Below are positions 1 through 10,414 of a DNA stretch of 64,000 nt, in pieces. The position numbers were made by a program, and so were the translations under genes. The stretch's first letter is position 1; each line of letters opens with the position of its first letter. This DNA is from Gemmatimonadales bacterium (GTDB lineage Bacteria; Gemmatimonadota; Gemmatimonadetes; Gemmatimonadales; GWC2-71-9): positions 384,001 through 448,000 of the forward strand of contig JBBCJC010000005.1 in assembly GCA_037189525.1 (NCBI GenBank), given 5' to 3'. The notes under the pieces were generated by a model that saw nothing but the letters and a program-made list of their open reading frames with translations, was not told where the DNA came from and made no database searches.

Positions 1-929
1 TCCTGCTCCGCCAGCAGTTGCCGATAGCGCACGTTGACGAGCGGACTCAGCTGCGCGCTCGCGTTGAGCCCGACATCGATGGCATGCACCCGATAAGTCG
101 AGTCGATGATGTCGATGACGCCGACAAAGGCCGGAGCCACCTCCGAACGCGGTTCGAGGGCCAGGCGATAAGTCAGCCCTCGCTCCAGACGCAGCGTGTC
201 GAGCACCCGGTAGCGATAGTGGCGCAGCGCATCGTCGGCAATCGGCGACGGCAGCAGATGAGGCCCGAACTCGATCCGATTGCGACCGAAGTTGAGCAAC
301 TCGCCAACGGTGATGACGTTGTTGTCCGCCGGCACATTGCCCGATTGGCGCCGCGCAACGATCCGTTCCTGGTATCGATCGGGCCGTTGCCAGCTGGCGT
401 CGATCCGGGATTCGGTGATTGCCAGAATCGATTCGGCCGAGTCTGCCGATTTGGTGAGGTCACGAATCAGGAGCCGCACGAAGGCCTGGTGCTCGTAATC
501 GCGCAGGCCGTCGAGCGCGTCCCGTTTGGCGGCAATGGCGCGGCGAATGATCCGCTCGGCCGGGTCCTCCTCCGCCGTGACGGTGAGTTCCTCCAGTTCG
601 AGGGGACGCGCCGCGAGCCGGACCACGAGGTGTAACGAGTCCGATCCGACCGACAGCGGAATCGACACCGGACGGTAGCCGACTCGGCGCACATCCACGG
701 TCCAGCGGCCGGGTACGAGCTCGAGCCGGAACCTCCCGGCATCCGTGCTCAGCTGTGAATTGCCGGACTCCGCCACCCGCACCACCGCGAGGCGAATCGG
801 CTCACCCGAGAGCGAGTCGACGACCGTACCCGTGACGGCCACCGGCGGACGTGGCTGCGCCGCTCCGGACACCGGCATCGCCAGGATCAGACCGAGCAGC
901 CATCGGCTGCGCCACACCACGCCGCTCAT
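1..929 (-). CDS. Exported protein with carboxypeptidase-regulatory-like N-terminal domain, DUF5686-like (3'-truncated by window edge)
   Basis: Absent from the ORF track; hand translation from ATG 929: MSGVVWRSRWLLGLILAMPVSGAAQ (signal peptide), VTGTVVDSLSGEPI...STDAGRF...RRVGY...LEELTVTAEEDPAERIIRRAIAAK...PSPIADDALRHYRY; open to position 1. Confidence 0.75.
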   Translation of the reverse strand, partial: MSGVVWRSRWLLGLILAMPVSGAAQPRPPVAVTGTVVDSLSGEPIRLAVVRVAESGNSQLSTDAGRFRLELVPGRWTVDVRRVGYRPVSIPLSVGSDSLHLVVRLAARPLELEELTVTAEEDPAERIIRRAIAAKRDALDGLRDYEHQAFVRLLIRDLTKSADSAESILAITESRIDASWQRPDRYQERIVARRQSGNVPADNNVITVGELLNFGRNRIEFGPHLLPSPIADDALRHYRYRVLDTLRLERGLTYRLALEPRSEVAPAFVGVIDIIDSTYRVHAIDVGLNASAQLSPLVNVRYRQLLAEQ

Positions 930-1049
930 GGTGTGCCAGCACCCCCGGACGCTGCGCAGATACTGGCCGGATCACCCGAGCCCGCAGCAGTTTCTCCTCC
1001 GGAGCGACGCATCATGACCCCTCGGACGCGCAAGATCGCCGAAGCGATA

Positions 1050-1081
1050 CAACAAGACGCCCCCGCACGTTGCGGAGGCGT
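1050..1081 (-). terminator. Probable intrinsic terminator downstream of tRNA-Met
   Basis: Minus-strand stem ACGCCTCCGCA/TGCGGGGGCGT (1057-1081) followed by CTTGTTG. Confidence 0.5.
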
Positions 1082-1110
1082 AAAGTGTTACACAACAACA
1101 GCTTGAACGA

Positions 1111-1184
1111 TAGCAGGGGCGGGACTCGAACCCGCGACCCCGGCATTATGAGTGCCGTGCTCTAACCACCTGAGCTACCCTGCC
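1111..1184 (-). tRNA. tRNA-Met(CAT), elongator type; CCA not encoded
   Basis: GGCAGGGTAGCTCAGGTGGTTAGAGCACGGCACTCATAATGCCGGGGTCGCGGGTTCGAGTCCCGCCCCTGCTA; anticodon loop CT-CAT-AA; lacks the initiator C1:A72 mismatch and triple G-C anticodon stem. Confidence 0.93.
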
Positions 1185-1248
1185 GCAGGGGTGCCAATCC
1201 TATCCGTACGGCAGTTCACGGTCAAGGTTCCGAGACGGCCCTGGCCCC

Positions 1249-2157
1249 TCACCCCGCGACCGATTCGACGACCTCCCATCGATACGGCATCGCGATTCCC
1301 GCCCCGGGGCGCCCGACGCACAGTGCGGCCGCGGCATTGGCCGTCTCGAGAGCGGCGGCCAACGAAACACCGGCAGCCAAGTCCGCAGCCATTGCACCGA
1401 CGAAGCAGTCTCCCGCGCCGGTGGTATCGACGACGGGAACCGATCGCGCCGCTACCTCGATGATTCCATCCTCGACCACCGCGAGACTGCCGCGACCGCC
1501 TAACGTCACGACCACACTCTGCCCCGCGCGCCGGCAGAGCGACTGGGCTGCCGGCACCAGGTCCGAGTCCGCGAGGGTTTCGCACCCGGCCAGCATTGCC
1601 AGTTCGATCTCGTTGACGACCAGCACGTCCGTATCGGCCAGGAGCCCGATCGCTCCTCGGCGGGCCGGCGCCGCGTTGAGGATCGTGGTCACACCCCGGG
1701 TCCGGGCCGCGGCCAACGCTGCGGCCACTGCTGCATCGGGCACCTCGAGTTGCGCCACGACGACATCGCCAGACGTGCCGATGTCCGCGCTGGCATCGGC
1801 GGGGTGAAGCGCCTGGTTCGCGCCGGGTACCACCAGGATCGCGTTGTCCCCATCGTCCTGGACGACCACGACGGCGACACCGGTCGCCAGATCGGGGGCG
1901 GTTCCGATCTGTCCGGTCTCCACGCCCTGCTCGCGCAGGAAAGCCACCATCTGCTCCCCGAATCCATCGGCGCCAACCCGTCCGATCATTCTCGTCGAGG
2001 CTCCCATCCGAGCGGCGGCAACGGCCTGATTGGCGCCTTTGCCGCCGGGCAGGAAACGCACCGCGGACCCCGCAATGGTCTCGCCGATCCGCGGCAAGCG
2101 CGGCGCCGTGGTCACGATGTCCATGTTGATACTGCCGACGACCGTTACCCGTCCCAT
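1249..2157 (-). CDS. rbsK: Ribokinase (PfkB family)
   Basis: VVGSINMD, PGGKGANQAVAAAR, NAAPA, DTTGAGDCF motifs. Confidence 0.9.
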   Translation of the reverse strand: MGRVTVVGSINMDIVTTAPRLPRIGETIAGSAVRFLPGGKGANQAVAAARMGASTRMIGRVGADGFGEQMVAFLREQGVETGQIGTAPDLATGVAVVVVQDDGDNAILVVPGANQALHPADASADIGTSGDVVVAQLEVPDAAVAAALAAARTRGVTTILNAAPARRGAIGLLADTDVLVVNEIELAMLAGCETLADSDLVPAAQSLCRRAGQSVVVTLGGRGSLAVVEDGIIEVAARSVPVVDTTGAGDCFVGAMAADLAAGVSLAAALETANAAAALCVGRPGAGIAMPYRWEVVESVAG

Positions 2158-2229
2158 CGGCAGTCCTTCTCCTGCCGGGGAAACGCGTCAAGACACGCGT
2201 CGATCACGGCCCGCAAGCTCCGCTGCACC

Positions 2230-4626
2230 TCAGGACCCCGACTTTGGTCCGAGCAGATGCCGATCGAAAAATTCGACCGTCCGCCAGACGTAGTCCCGCC
2301 GGCTCGCCTCGGTCTGGATGGTATGTGGTTCGGTCGGATACACCATGACTTCGAAACGCTTCCGATCTTCGATCAGCTTCTGGATCAGACGCGCCGCATC
2401 CTGGAACTGCACATTGTCGTCGACCAGGCCGTGGACGATCAGCAGCGGATCCGCGAGCCCCGCGGTATGGTTGATCGGGCTCGACACCTGGTACGCCGGC
2501 GAGTCCTCTGCCGGCACGCCGAGAATCCGGCTGGTCCAGTCGTGGGAATAGTGAGCCCAATCGGATACGGCGGCATTCGCGATGCCGGCGGCGAATACAC
2601 CCGGGTGGCGGAACAACCCCATCAGCGTGAAGAAGCCGCCGTACGACACGCCATACACTCCGATGCGGCGGCGATCGACACCGAGCTGCTGCACCACATA
2701 GTCGATGGCGGGCAACGCGCCGTCGACATCCTTCTGCCCCATCGATCGATAGATATCGGTTCGATAGTCCCGCCCGTACCCCGCCCCGCCGCGATAGTCG
2801 AAGTCGACGATGGTGTAGCCGCGTTCCAGCAGATGATGAATCAGCCCGACGTGCAGGCCGTACCCGTAGACCGACCAGCCATTGTGACTGAACTGCCGAT
2901 AGCCGCCCCCATGGATATGGAAGATCGCCGCCCGTTCGGCGTTAGGCTTGGCGGGGCGATACAGGGCAAACCAGACCGGCTTGCCGTCCGGATGCGTGAC
3001 GGACACCATCTCGGGCCGGACCAGACGACGGCGGAAATATTCATCGGTACCGCTGACCGTAACCCGGCGTTCGGGGGCGCCGCGCGCGGCGTCACGCAGG
3101 AAGAGATCGGGCAGCTGCGTAGTCGACCCGAAGAGGACCGCCAGCCGCTTTCCATCCGGAGCAAGCGCGCCGACGTGACGCCCATCCTGTTCGGTGAGAC
3201 GCGTCAGTTCTCCGCCGGCTGCCGGGAGCAGATACAGATGATCGTTGCTGTGACCATCGCGGCCGGCGCCCAGCAGCCAGGTGGTTCGATCCCTGGAGAG
3301 CTCGGCGGTCCGCACTTCCCAGTCACCCGTCGTGAGCGGCCGAACCTGGCCCGTCGGCTCGAGCAGATACAGATGGCTCCATCCCGACCGCTCCGAGGCG
3401 AACACCAGTCGCCCGCCGGGCAACCATTCGAGCAGAGTTGGCGAACCACGATTCGGCTGAATGGCCGGCCCGCCGAGCCAGGCGTCATCGTGGTCGTGCG
3501 CCACGACCCGGGCACGCCCCGTAGCCGGATCGAATTCCGCGATCCAGAGATCGCGCCAATCGGCGGAGGAGAACTGCACGACGGCGCGATTGCCCTCGAC
3601 ACTCCAGTACGGCCCCGCCGGGATCAGCTCACGACCGCCGGCCTCCGGAAGCTCGACCCAGGTGATGCGAATGCTGTCGGGGTCGACCGTCGGATCGATT
3701 GCGACCACGCCGAATCGGAAACGATCCTGCGGCTCACCGACCTTGGCGCGCGCCGTCTCGACTTCGGCGTGCCCCGAATGCGCCACATAATCCATGAAGC
3801 GGGTCACCGGCCTCGGCGCAGCCGGCGTCCGCGCGACGAAGGTGATGAACCGCCGATCGGGGGAAAGACGGAGTTGCTCCAGGACGACGCCCGGCAGCAC
3901 GGGAATGGCCTGTGCCGCGCCGGGAGCGAGGCGCAGCCGAGCGGCCGCTCCGGCGCGCCGCGCGACACTGTCGCGGACCCGTTCGAACAGGTCCTGTTGC
4001 TGCGCAACCAGCCAGCGCGCGCCCTCACGCGATTCCGGCGACAACTGGTGGCGGCGCGAGACCTGGCGGACCTCGCCCGATTGCAGTTCGTAGCTGAAGA
4101 GGTCGCCGGCGTAGGTGAATTGGACCCAGAGTCCGTCGGCGCTGACGAGCGGACGACCCAGCCGTCCACCGAAGGTGAGGACCCGACGCACGCCATCGGC
4201 CGGTCGCCCCGCATGATAGACCAGCAAGGACCCGTCCTCGCTCCATACCGCCACCCGCCCATCTCGGCTCCAGCTCGGGGCCCGATCCGGCACCGCTTCC
4301 GAACTTGGTACTTCGCGCACGGTCGCCCCGTCGCGTGTCACCAGAAACCACGGGTCCTGCTCGGGATACTGTCCCGGGACCGGCTTGCGATGCCAGCGGA
4401 AATAGACGCCCGAGCCGTCGACCGCCCAGCGGGCATCACGGGCTTCGAGGCCCAGCCAGCGGTCGTCTCGCGCGGCGTCGTCCTCCCCGAACGGCAACGG
4501 GGCTGCCACCGAGACCCCTCGCGACGAGGACTGATAGAGCGGGGTCCGTTCCTGCGCATCGAGCACAGCGCCCGGAATCGCCTGCCCCAATACCACCGAT
4601 ACGAACGCAACTCGAAGGAGATACAT
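2230..4626 (-). CDS. Secreted S9-family peptidase (DPP-IV / prolyl oligopeptidase-like)
   Basis: Signal peptide from MYLLRVAF (ATG 4626); beta-propeller repeats; catalytic GVSYGG, HGLVDDNV, YPTEPH. Confidence 0.9.
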   Translation of the reverse strand: MYLLRVAFVSVVLGQAIPGAVLDAQERTPLYQSSSRGVSVAAPLPFGEDDAARDDRWLGLEARDARWAVDGSGVYFRWHRKPVPGQYPEQDPWFLVTRDGATVREVPSSEAVPDRAPSWSRDGRVAVWSEDGSLLVYHAGRPADGVRRVLTFGGRLGRPLVSADGLWVQFTYAGDLFSYELQSGEVRQVSRRHQLSPESREGARWLVAQQQDLFERVRDSVARRAGAAARLRLAPGAAQAIPVLPGVVLEQLRLSPDRRFITFVARTPAAPRPVTRFMDYVAHSGHAEVETARAKVGEPQDRFRFGVVAIDPTVDPDSIRITWVELPEAGGRELIPAGPYWSVEGNRAVVQFSSADWRDLWIAEFDPATGRARVVAHDHDDAWLGGPAIQPNRGSPTLLEWLPGGRLVFASERSGWSHLYLLEPTGQVRPLTTGDWEVRTAELSRDRTTWLLGAGRDGHSNDHLYLLPAAGGELTRLTEQDGRHVGALAPDGKRLAVLFGSTTQLPDLFLRDAARGAPERRVTVSGTDEYFRRRLVRPEMVSVTHPDGKPVWFALYRPAKPNAERAAIFHIHGGGYRQFSHNGWSVYGYGLHVGLIHHLLERGYTIVDFDYRGGAGYGRDYRTDIYRSMGQKDVDGALPAIDYVVQQLGVDRRRIGVYGVSYGGFFTLMGLFRHPGVFAAGIANAAVSDWAHYSHDWTSRILGVPAEDSPAYQVSSPINHTAGLADPLLIVHGLVDDNVQFQDAARLIQKLIEDRKRFEVMVYPTEPHTIQTEASRRDYVWRTVEFFDRHLLGPKSGS

Positions 4627-4702
4627 ATCGACTCCCTGCCCTGACGGCCGGACCAGTGGCGGATCTGAACTCAAATGAGGGCGGCGGTACAACCCGCTTG
4701 TA

Positions 4703-5755
4703 TCAGGTCGCACCTCGACCGGAGAGGCGATGCACAGCAAGCACCCCGGCGGTCAGCGCAGCAACCCCGACCAGCTGATGCAGCGCACCGAGTAACACCG
4801 GCACCACCAGCAGCAGCGTCACGATCCCGATCAGCACCTGCAGCACGACGACGCCTCCGAGATGGCGGACCGCCTTGATCGCCCCGGTCGACAGCGTACT
4901 GCGACCGGCCCGCCATGCCAGCACCAGGGCGAGCGCACCCGTCGTGAGCGCCAGCATCCGATGGTGGAACTGCGCAGCAATCGGATTCTCCAACGCGTTG
5001 ACCCACCAGGGCGACATCAGACCGTACCCCAGCGGGACGAACGTCGTCCCCATCAGCGGGAAGGTGTTGTACATGAATCCGGCCCGCAGTCCGGCGACGA
5101 ACGCCCCGGAGATGACCGTCACACCGATCAGGAGGGTGACCGCGAGCACCGAACGACGCCAGCCATGGCTGGCCGGCGGATCGGCCCGTCGGGGGCGCAG
5201 ATCGGCCCAGGTCCAGAGGGCCACAATCAGGATCGCGAGCGCAAGGGCGAGATGGGCAGCCAGACGGTACGCGCTGACCTCAGTGCGCCCCACCAGGCCG
5301 CTTTGCACCATGTACCAGCCCAGCACGCCCTGCCCCAGCGTCAGGATCGGTAAAAGGGCCAGACGGAGCCGCAGATGCCGCGGAATCATGCCGCGCAGCA
5401 GGTAGACGACATATGGAACCGCAAAGACGAGTCCCACGCCACGCGCGACGATCCGGTGCAGCCACTCCCACCAGTAAATGAACTTGAAGCCGGTGAGGGT
5501 AATGCCCTGATGGGTACTCTGCGCCTGCGGAATGGCCTGGAACGCGGCGAACGCATCCGCCCAGCCCTGATCGGTCAGTGGCGGGAATATTCCGGAGACC
5601 GGTTTCCACTCGGTGATGGAGAGCCCGCTCTCGGTCAGGCGGGTAATCCCCCCCACGACGATTGCGAGATAGACAGCGACGATACACCAGAAGAGCCAGC
5701 GCCGGAGCGCATGGTCACTGGATGCCGCGACAGAGGAGGTCGTTGAGGAATCCAT
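4703..5755 (-). CDS. ctaA: Heme A synthase (COX15/CtaA)
   Basis: GGITRLTESGLSITEW, FKFIYWWEWLHR, YRLAAHL, QFHHR, LHQ; multiple TM helices. Confidence 0.92.
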   Translation of the reverse strand: MDSSTTSSVAASSDHALRRWLFWCIVAVYLAIVVGGITRLTESGLSITEWKPVSGIFPPLTDQGWADAFAAFQAIPQAQSTHQGITLTGFKFIYWWEWLHRIVARGVGLVFAVPYVVYLLRGMIPRHLRLRLALLPILTLGQGVLGWYMVQSGLVGRTEVSAYRLAAHLALALAILIVALWTWADLRPRRADPPASHGWRRSVLAVTLLIGVTVISGAFVAGLRAGFMYNTFPLMGTTFVPLGYGLMSPWWVNALENPIAAQFHHRMLALTTGALALVLAWRAGRSTLSTGAIKAVRHLGGVVVLQVLIGIVTLLLVVPVLLGALHQLVGVAALTAGVLAVHRLSGRGAT

Positions 5756-5837
5756 CCCTCAAATCTGTCGGGGAATCGCCCCCGATCCAATCCTCCGCGC
5801 CAGCCGGACGCCCGCCAGCCCCTGGCTCTCGCGCCGG

Positions 5838-5906
5838 CAAATACGTTCCAACCGCGCTCGGGATTCAAGACAAAGACGGCCTGCCTGCCGAGGTTGTCTC
5901 CATCCC
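5838..5906 (+). ncRNA. Candidate structured 5' leader, partly guanidine-III (ykkC-III)-like
   Basis: TACG...CCGCGCTCGGGATTCAAGACAAAGACGG resembles the ykkC-III 3' half; alternative nested hairpin GGGAT/ATCCC, AGACAA/TTGTCT, CGGC/GCCG; canonical P1/P2 pairing is weak. Confidence 0.3.
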
Positions 5907-5931
5907 AAATCTCGCGACCAGGAACACGACG

Positions 5932-7122
5932 ATGCACCTCGATTCAACCACGCTGGCAACCCGGGCCGTCTGGGCCGGCGAACACGCCGACGCAGAGACT
6001 CTCGCGCATGCCTCACAGATTCCGCTGGTACGGAGCGCTTCATTCAGTTATTCGGACTACGACGAATGGCTGGCCGTGGCCCAGGGAACCCGCCCCGGAC
6101 ACATCTACAGTCGCAATACCAACCCGACGGTGGCCGCGTTCGAAGAGAAGATCCGGTCGCTGGAATGCGCCGAGGCGGCCATCGGCTTTGCCAGCGGGAT
6201 GGCGGCCATCAGCAACACCCTCTTTACGCTCCTGGCCCCCGGCGACCGCGTCGTGTCCATCAAGGACTCCTATGGCGCCACCAGCCGCCTGTTCCTCGAA
6301 TTGCTGCCGAGGATCGGGGTCGAGGCAACCCTCTGCGACAGCACCGATCATGCACAGATCGAAGCCGAAGTCGCCAAGGGGTGCCGGGTGCTCTACTTCG
6401 AAACCCCGACCAACCCGACGCTCAAGGTGCTCGACATTGCCCGGCTCGCGAAGGCAGGCCACGCCGCTGGCGCCATCGTGGTGGTCGACAACACCTTTGC
6501 CACGCCGATCAATTGCCGGCCGATCACGCTCGGTGCGGATCTGGTGGTCCACAGCGCAACCAAGTTCCTGGGGGGCCATGAAGACGCCGTCGGCGGAACC
6601 CTCTGCGGCTCGCGTTCACTGGTACAACGGGTCTTTCAATACCGCGAAATCACCGGCGCCTGCCTGAGCCCCGATACGGCGTACCTCCTGCTCCGCGGCA
6701 TGAAGACGCTGGCGCTCCGGGTCGAGCGACAGAATGCATCGGCGCAGTTGGTGGCGGAGTTTCTCCGCTCGCATCCCGCCGTCGGATCGGTCCACTATCC
6801 CGGACTGACCGACGATCCGGGACACGAGATTGCTCGGAAACAGATGAGCGGATTTGGCGGCCTGGTGAGCTTCAGCCTCGCGGCAGGCACCGCGAGGGTC
6901 GGACCGTTTCTCAAAGCCATCCGCCTGGCCCATTGTGCCGCCAGCCTAGGCGGCGTGCAGTCGTTCATCGGACCGCCCGAGACCACCAGCCACGTCGAGT
7001 GCACGCCCGCGCAGCGCGCCGCACTCGGTATTCCAGCCGGGCTGCTCCGGTATTCGATCGGCATCGAAGCCCCGCTGGACCTGATTGCCGATCTGACGCA
7101 GGCCCTCGACAAACCGGCCTGA
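5932..7122 (+). CDS. PLP-dependent Cys/Met metabolism (cystathionine gamma-synthase/gamma-lyase) family enzyme
   Basis: YSRNTNPT, FASGMAAI, ETPTNP, VDNTFATP, HSATKFLGGH (PLP lysine); ATG 5932 after AGGA. Confidence 0.9.
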   Translation: MHLDSTTLATRAVWAGEHADAETLAHASQIPLVRSASFSYSDYDEWLAVAQGTRPGHIYSRNTNPTVAAFEEKIRSLECAEAAIGFASGMAAISNTLFTLLAPGDRVVSIKDSYGATSRLFLELLPRIGVEATLCDSTDHAQIEAEVAKGCRVLYFETPTNPTLKVLDIARLAKAGHAAGAIVVVDNTFATPINCRPITLGADLVVHSATKFLGGHEDAVGGTLCGSRSLVQRVFQYREITGACLSPDTAYLLLRGMKTLALRVERQNASAQLVAEFLRSHPAVGSVHYPGLTDDPGHEIARKQMSGFGGLVSFSLAAGTARVGPFLKAIRLAHCAASLGGVQSFIGPPETTSHVECTPAQRAALGIPAGLLRYSIGIEAPLDLIADLTQALDKPA

Positions 7123-7158
7123 TCCGGTCGATACTCCGGCCCTCACGCATGACGGAGT

Positions 7159-8025
7159 GTGCCCGTGTCGCAACCATCGGAATCGCCCCGTTCTCCTCGG
7201 CCGGATCTACTGCCGGCCGGGGCGTTCTTCGGCGAGACGCTGCGCACCGCCCGACTCGACAGTTTCGTCGTTACCGAAGTGCAGACGCCGGCCGGACTGA
7301 AGACCGCATTCCACGCCCACGAACGCGCCTATTTCGAACTGGTGCTCGAAGGTCGCTGGTTCGAACAATGCGGCCGGCACGAACGAGCGCTCGAACCCTG
7401 GCTGGTCATCTATCACCCTCCGGGCGAGCGGCATCGCAACCGATTTCCCGGCCTTCCGGGGCGTTCCCTCCACGTCGAAATCAGCGATACCTGGGTACGG
7501 CAACTCGGTGCGCACGATTTTGCCATCGATCGGTCGCTGGAATCCCGAAGCCGCGAGGTCGTGACGCCCCTGCTCCGCCTGGTCCACGAGGTGCGCCAGC
7601 CGGATCGGTGGTCCGAGCTCTCCGTGGCGGGGTCGGTACTGGAGGTTGCCTCACTGCTGGGCCGCGACGTCGACCGGCAGCGCACCGGGACGATCCCGGC
7701 ATGGGTGGACCAGCTGGAGGAGATTCTGCGCAGCGAATATGCCGGAGTATTCTCGCTGACCGAGGTGGCACGTCGTCTGGGGGTTCGCCCCTTCACCCTG
7801 ACGCGGGGTTTTCGTCAGCGATTCGGATGCGTTCCCAGCGAGTACCTGCGGCGGTTACGCGTGGAGCATGTGGCCCGCGCGCTCCGTACGGGAGACCATC
7901 CGCTCAGCGTCATTGCCGCATCCAGCGGCTTTGCCGACCAGAGCCACATGACACGCGTCTTCCGGGCCTACACCGGACACACGCCCGGTGCATTCCGCCG
8001 TCGCGAATCTCGGCACGCGCACTGA
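7159..8025 (+). CDS. AraC-family transcriptional regulator
   Basis: Cupin-like HAHE N-terminus; C-terminal LTEVAR...FRQRFG...IAASSGFADQSHMTRVFR...TPGAFR. Confidence 0.9.
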   Translation: MPVSQPSESPRSPRPDLLPAGAFFGETLRTARLDSFVVTEVQTPAGLKTAFHAHERAYFELVLEGRWFEQCGRHERALEPWLVIYHPPGERHRNRFPGLPGRSLHVEISDTWVRQLGAHDFAIDRSLESRSREVVTPLLRLVHEVRQPDRWSELSVAGSVLEVASLLGRDVDRQRTGTIPAWVDQLEEILRSEYAGVFSLTEVARRLGVRPFTLTRGFRQRFGCVPSEYLRRLRVEHVARALRTGDHPLSVIAASSGFADQSHMTRVFRAYTGHTPGAFRRRESRHAH

Positions 8026-8045
8026 TTGTCGTACGGAATACGAAG

Positions 8046-9637
<1,592 letters not shown>

Positions 9638-9694
9638 TCAAAGACAAATCGATGCCGGGGCTAAGGATAGGCGTCCCCGGCACGCTCCGCCAAC

Positions 9695-10414
9695 TCAGGG
9701 CCGGGCCCCGAGCCTGAGCAGGGTTTCCCGGGTCCGATCGGCCAGCCCATCCCGTTCTGCATAATCGAGGCCGTCCGTGGCAATCGGGGTCCCGAGCCGG
9801 ACCGTGACGACCCCCGGCCGCGGCGCCACACTCCCCTTGGGAAGCCGCTCGTAGGTCTCACAGTAGACCGGCACGACGGGTACCTGCGCAGAGATCGCCA
9901 GGACGAACGGCCCCTTCTTGAACGACTGGAGGCTGCCGTTCGGACTCCGGGTCCCCTCGGCAAAGACGATGGCGGAGACACCGCCCCGAATCTGCTCCGC
10001 AGCATGGTCATACGATGCGAAGGCCGACCCCCGGTTGCCCCGATCGATCGAAACGTGTCCCAAGGCGTTGATGGCCCAGCCGAGAAACGGGACCCGGGAA
10101 AGTTCCTTCTTGAAGACGAACCGGAGCACGCCAGGCAACGCAACCAGCAGCGCCCAGATATCGACCCACGACTGATGGTTCGAGATGAACACGACCGGCT
10201 GCCCCGGCGGCATCCGCTCCAGCCCTTCCACCTGCACCGAGATTCCCGTCGATGCCAGCATGGCGCGCCCGTACGACCGCTGAATCCGATCGTAGACTCC
10301 GCCCGGCACCGGTTGGATCCGAAAGATCAGCGCGACCAGGATGCGAGCGGCATAGTACACCGTGAACACCGCGCTCGCGATGAAGTACCGCGTCGCATAG
10401 AAGAAAAGCATCAT
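9695..10414 (-). CDS. plsC: 1-acyl-sn-glycerol-3-phosphate acyltransferase
   Basis: NHQSWVD (HX4D), FAEGTRS, FKKGPF. Confidence 0.88.
   Translation of the reverse strand: MMLFFYATRYFIASAVFTVYYAARILVALIFRIQPVPGGVYDRIQRSYGRAMLASTGISVQVEGLERMPPGQPVVFISNHQSWVDIWALLVALPGVLRFVFKKELSRVPFLGWAINALGHVSIDRGNRGSAFASYDHAAEQIRGGVSAIVFAEGTRSPNGSLQSFKKGPFVLAISAQVPVVPVYCETYERLPKGSVAPRPGVVTVRLGTPIATDGLDYAERDGLADRTRETLLRLGARP

Noticed and set aside
1750..4644. 964 aa + strand ORF
   Set aside because: Antisense shadow of the S9 peptidase and rbsK; no motifs; long stop-free antisense frames are expected at high GC
5756..5931. SAM-I, SAM-II or T-box element upstream of the Cys/Met-family gene
   Set aside because: No ATC.AGAG...GGCAACC...GTGC core or T-box motif seen; only one ACG-loop hairpin (loop ACGC), so not mini-ykkC either
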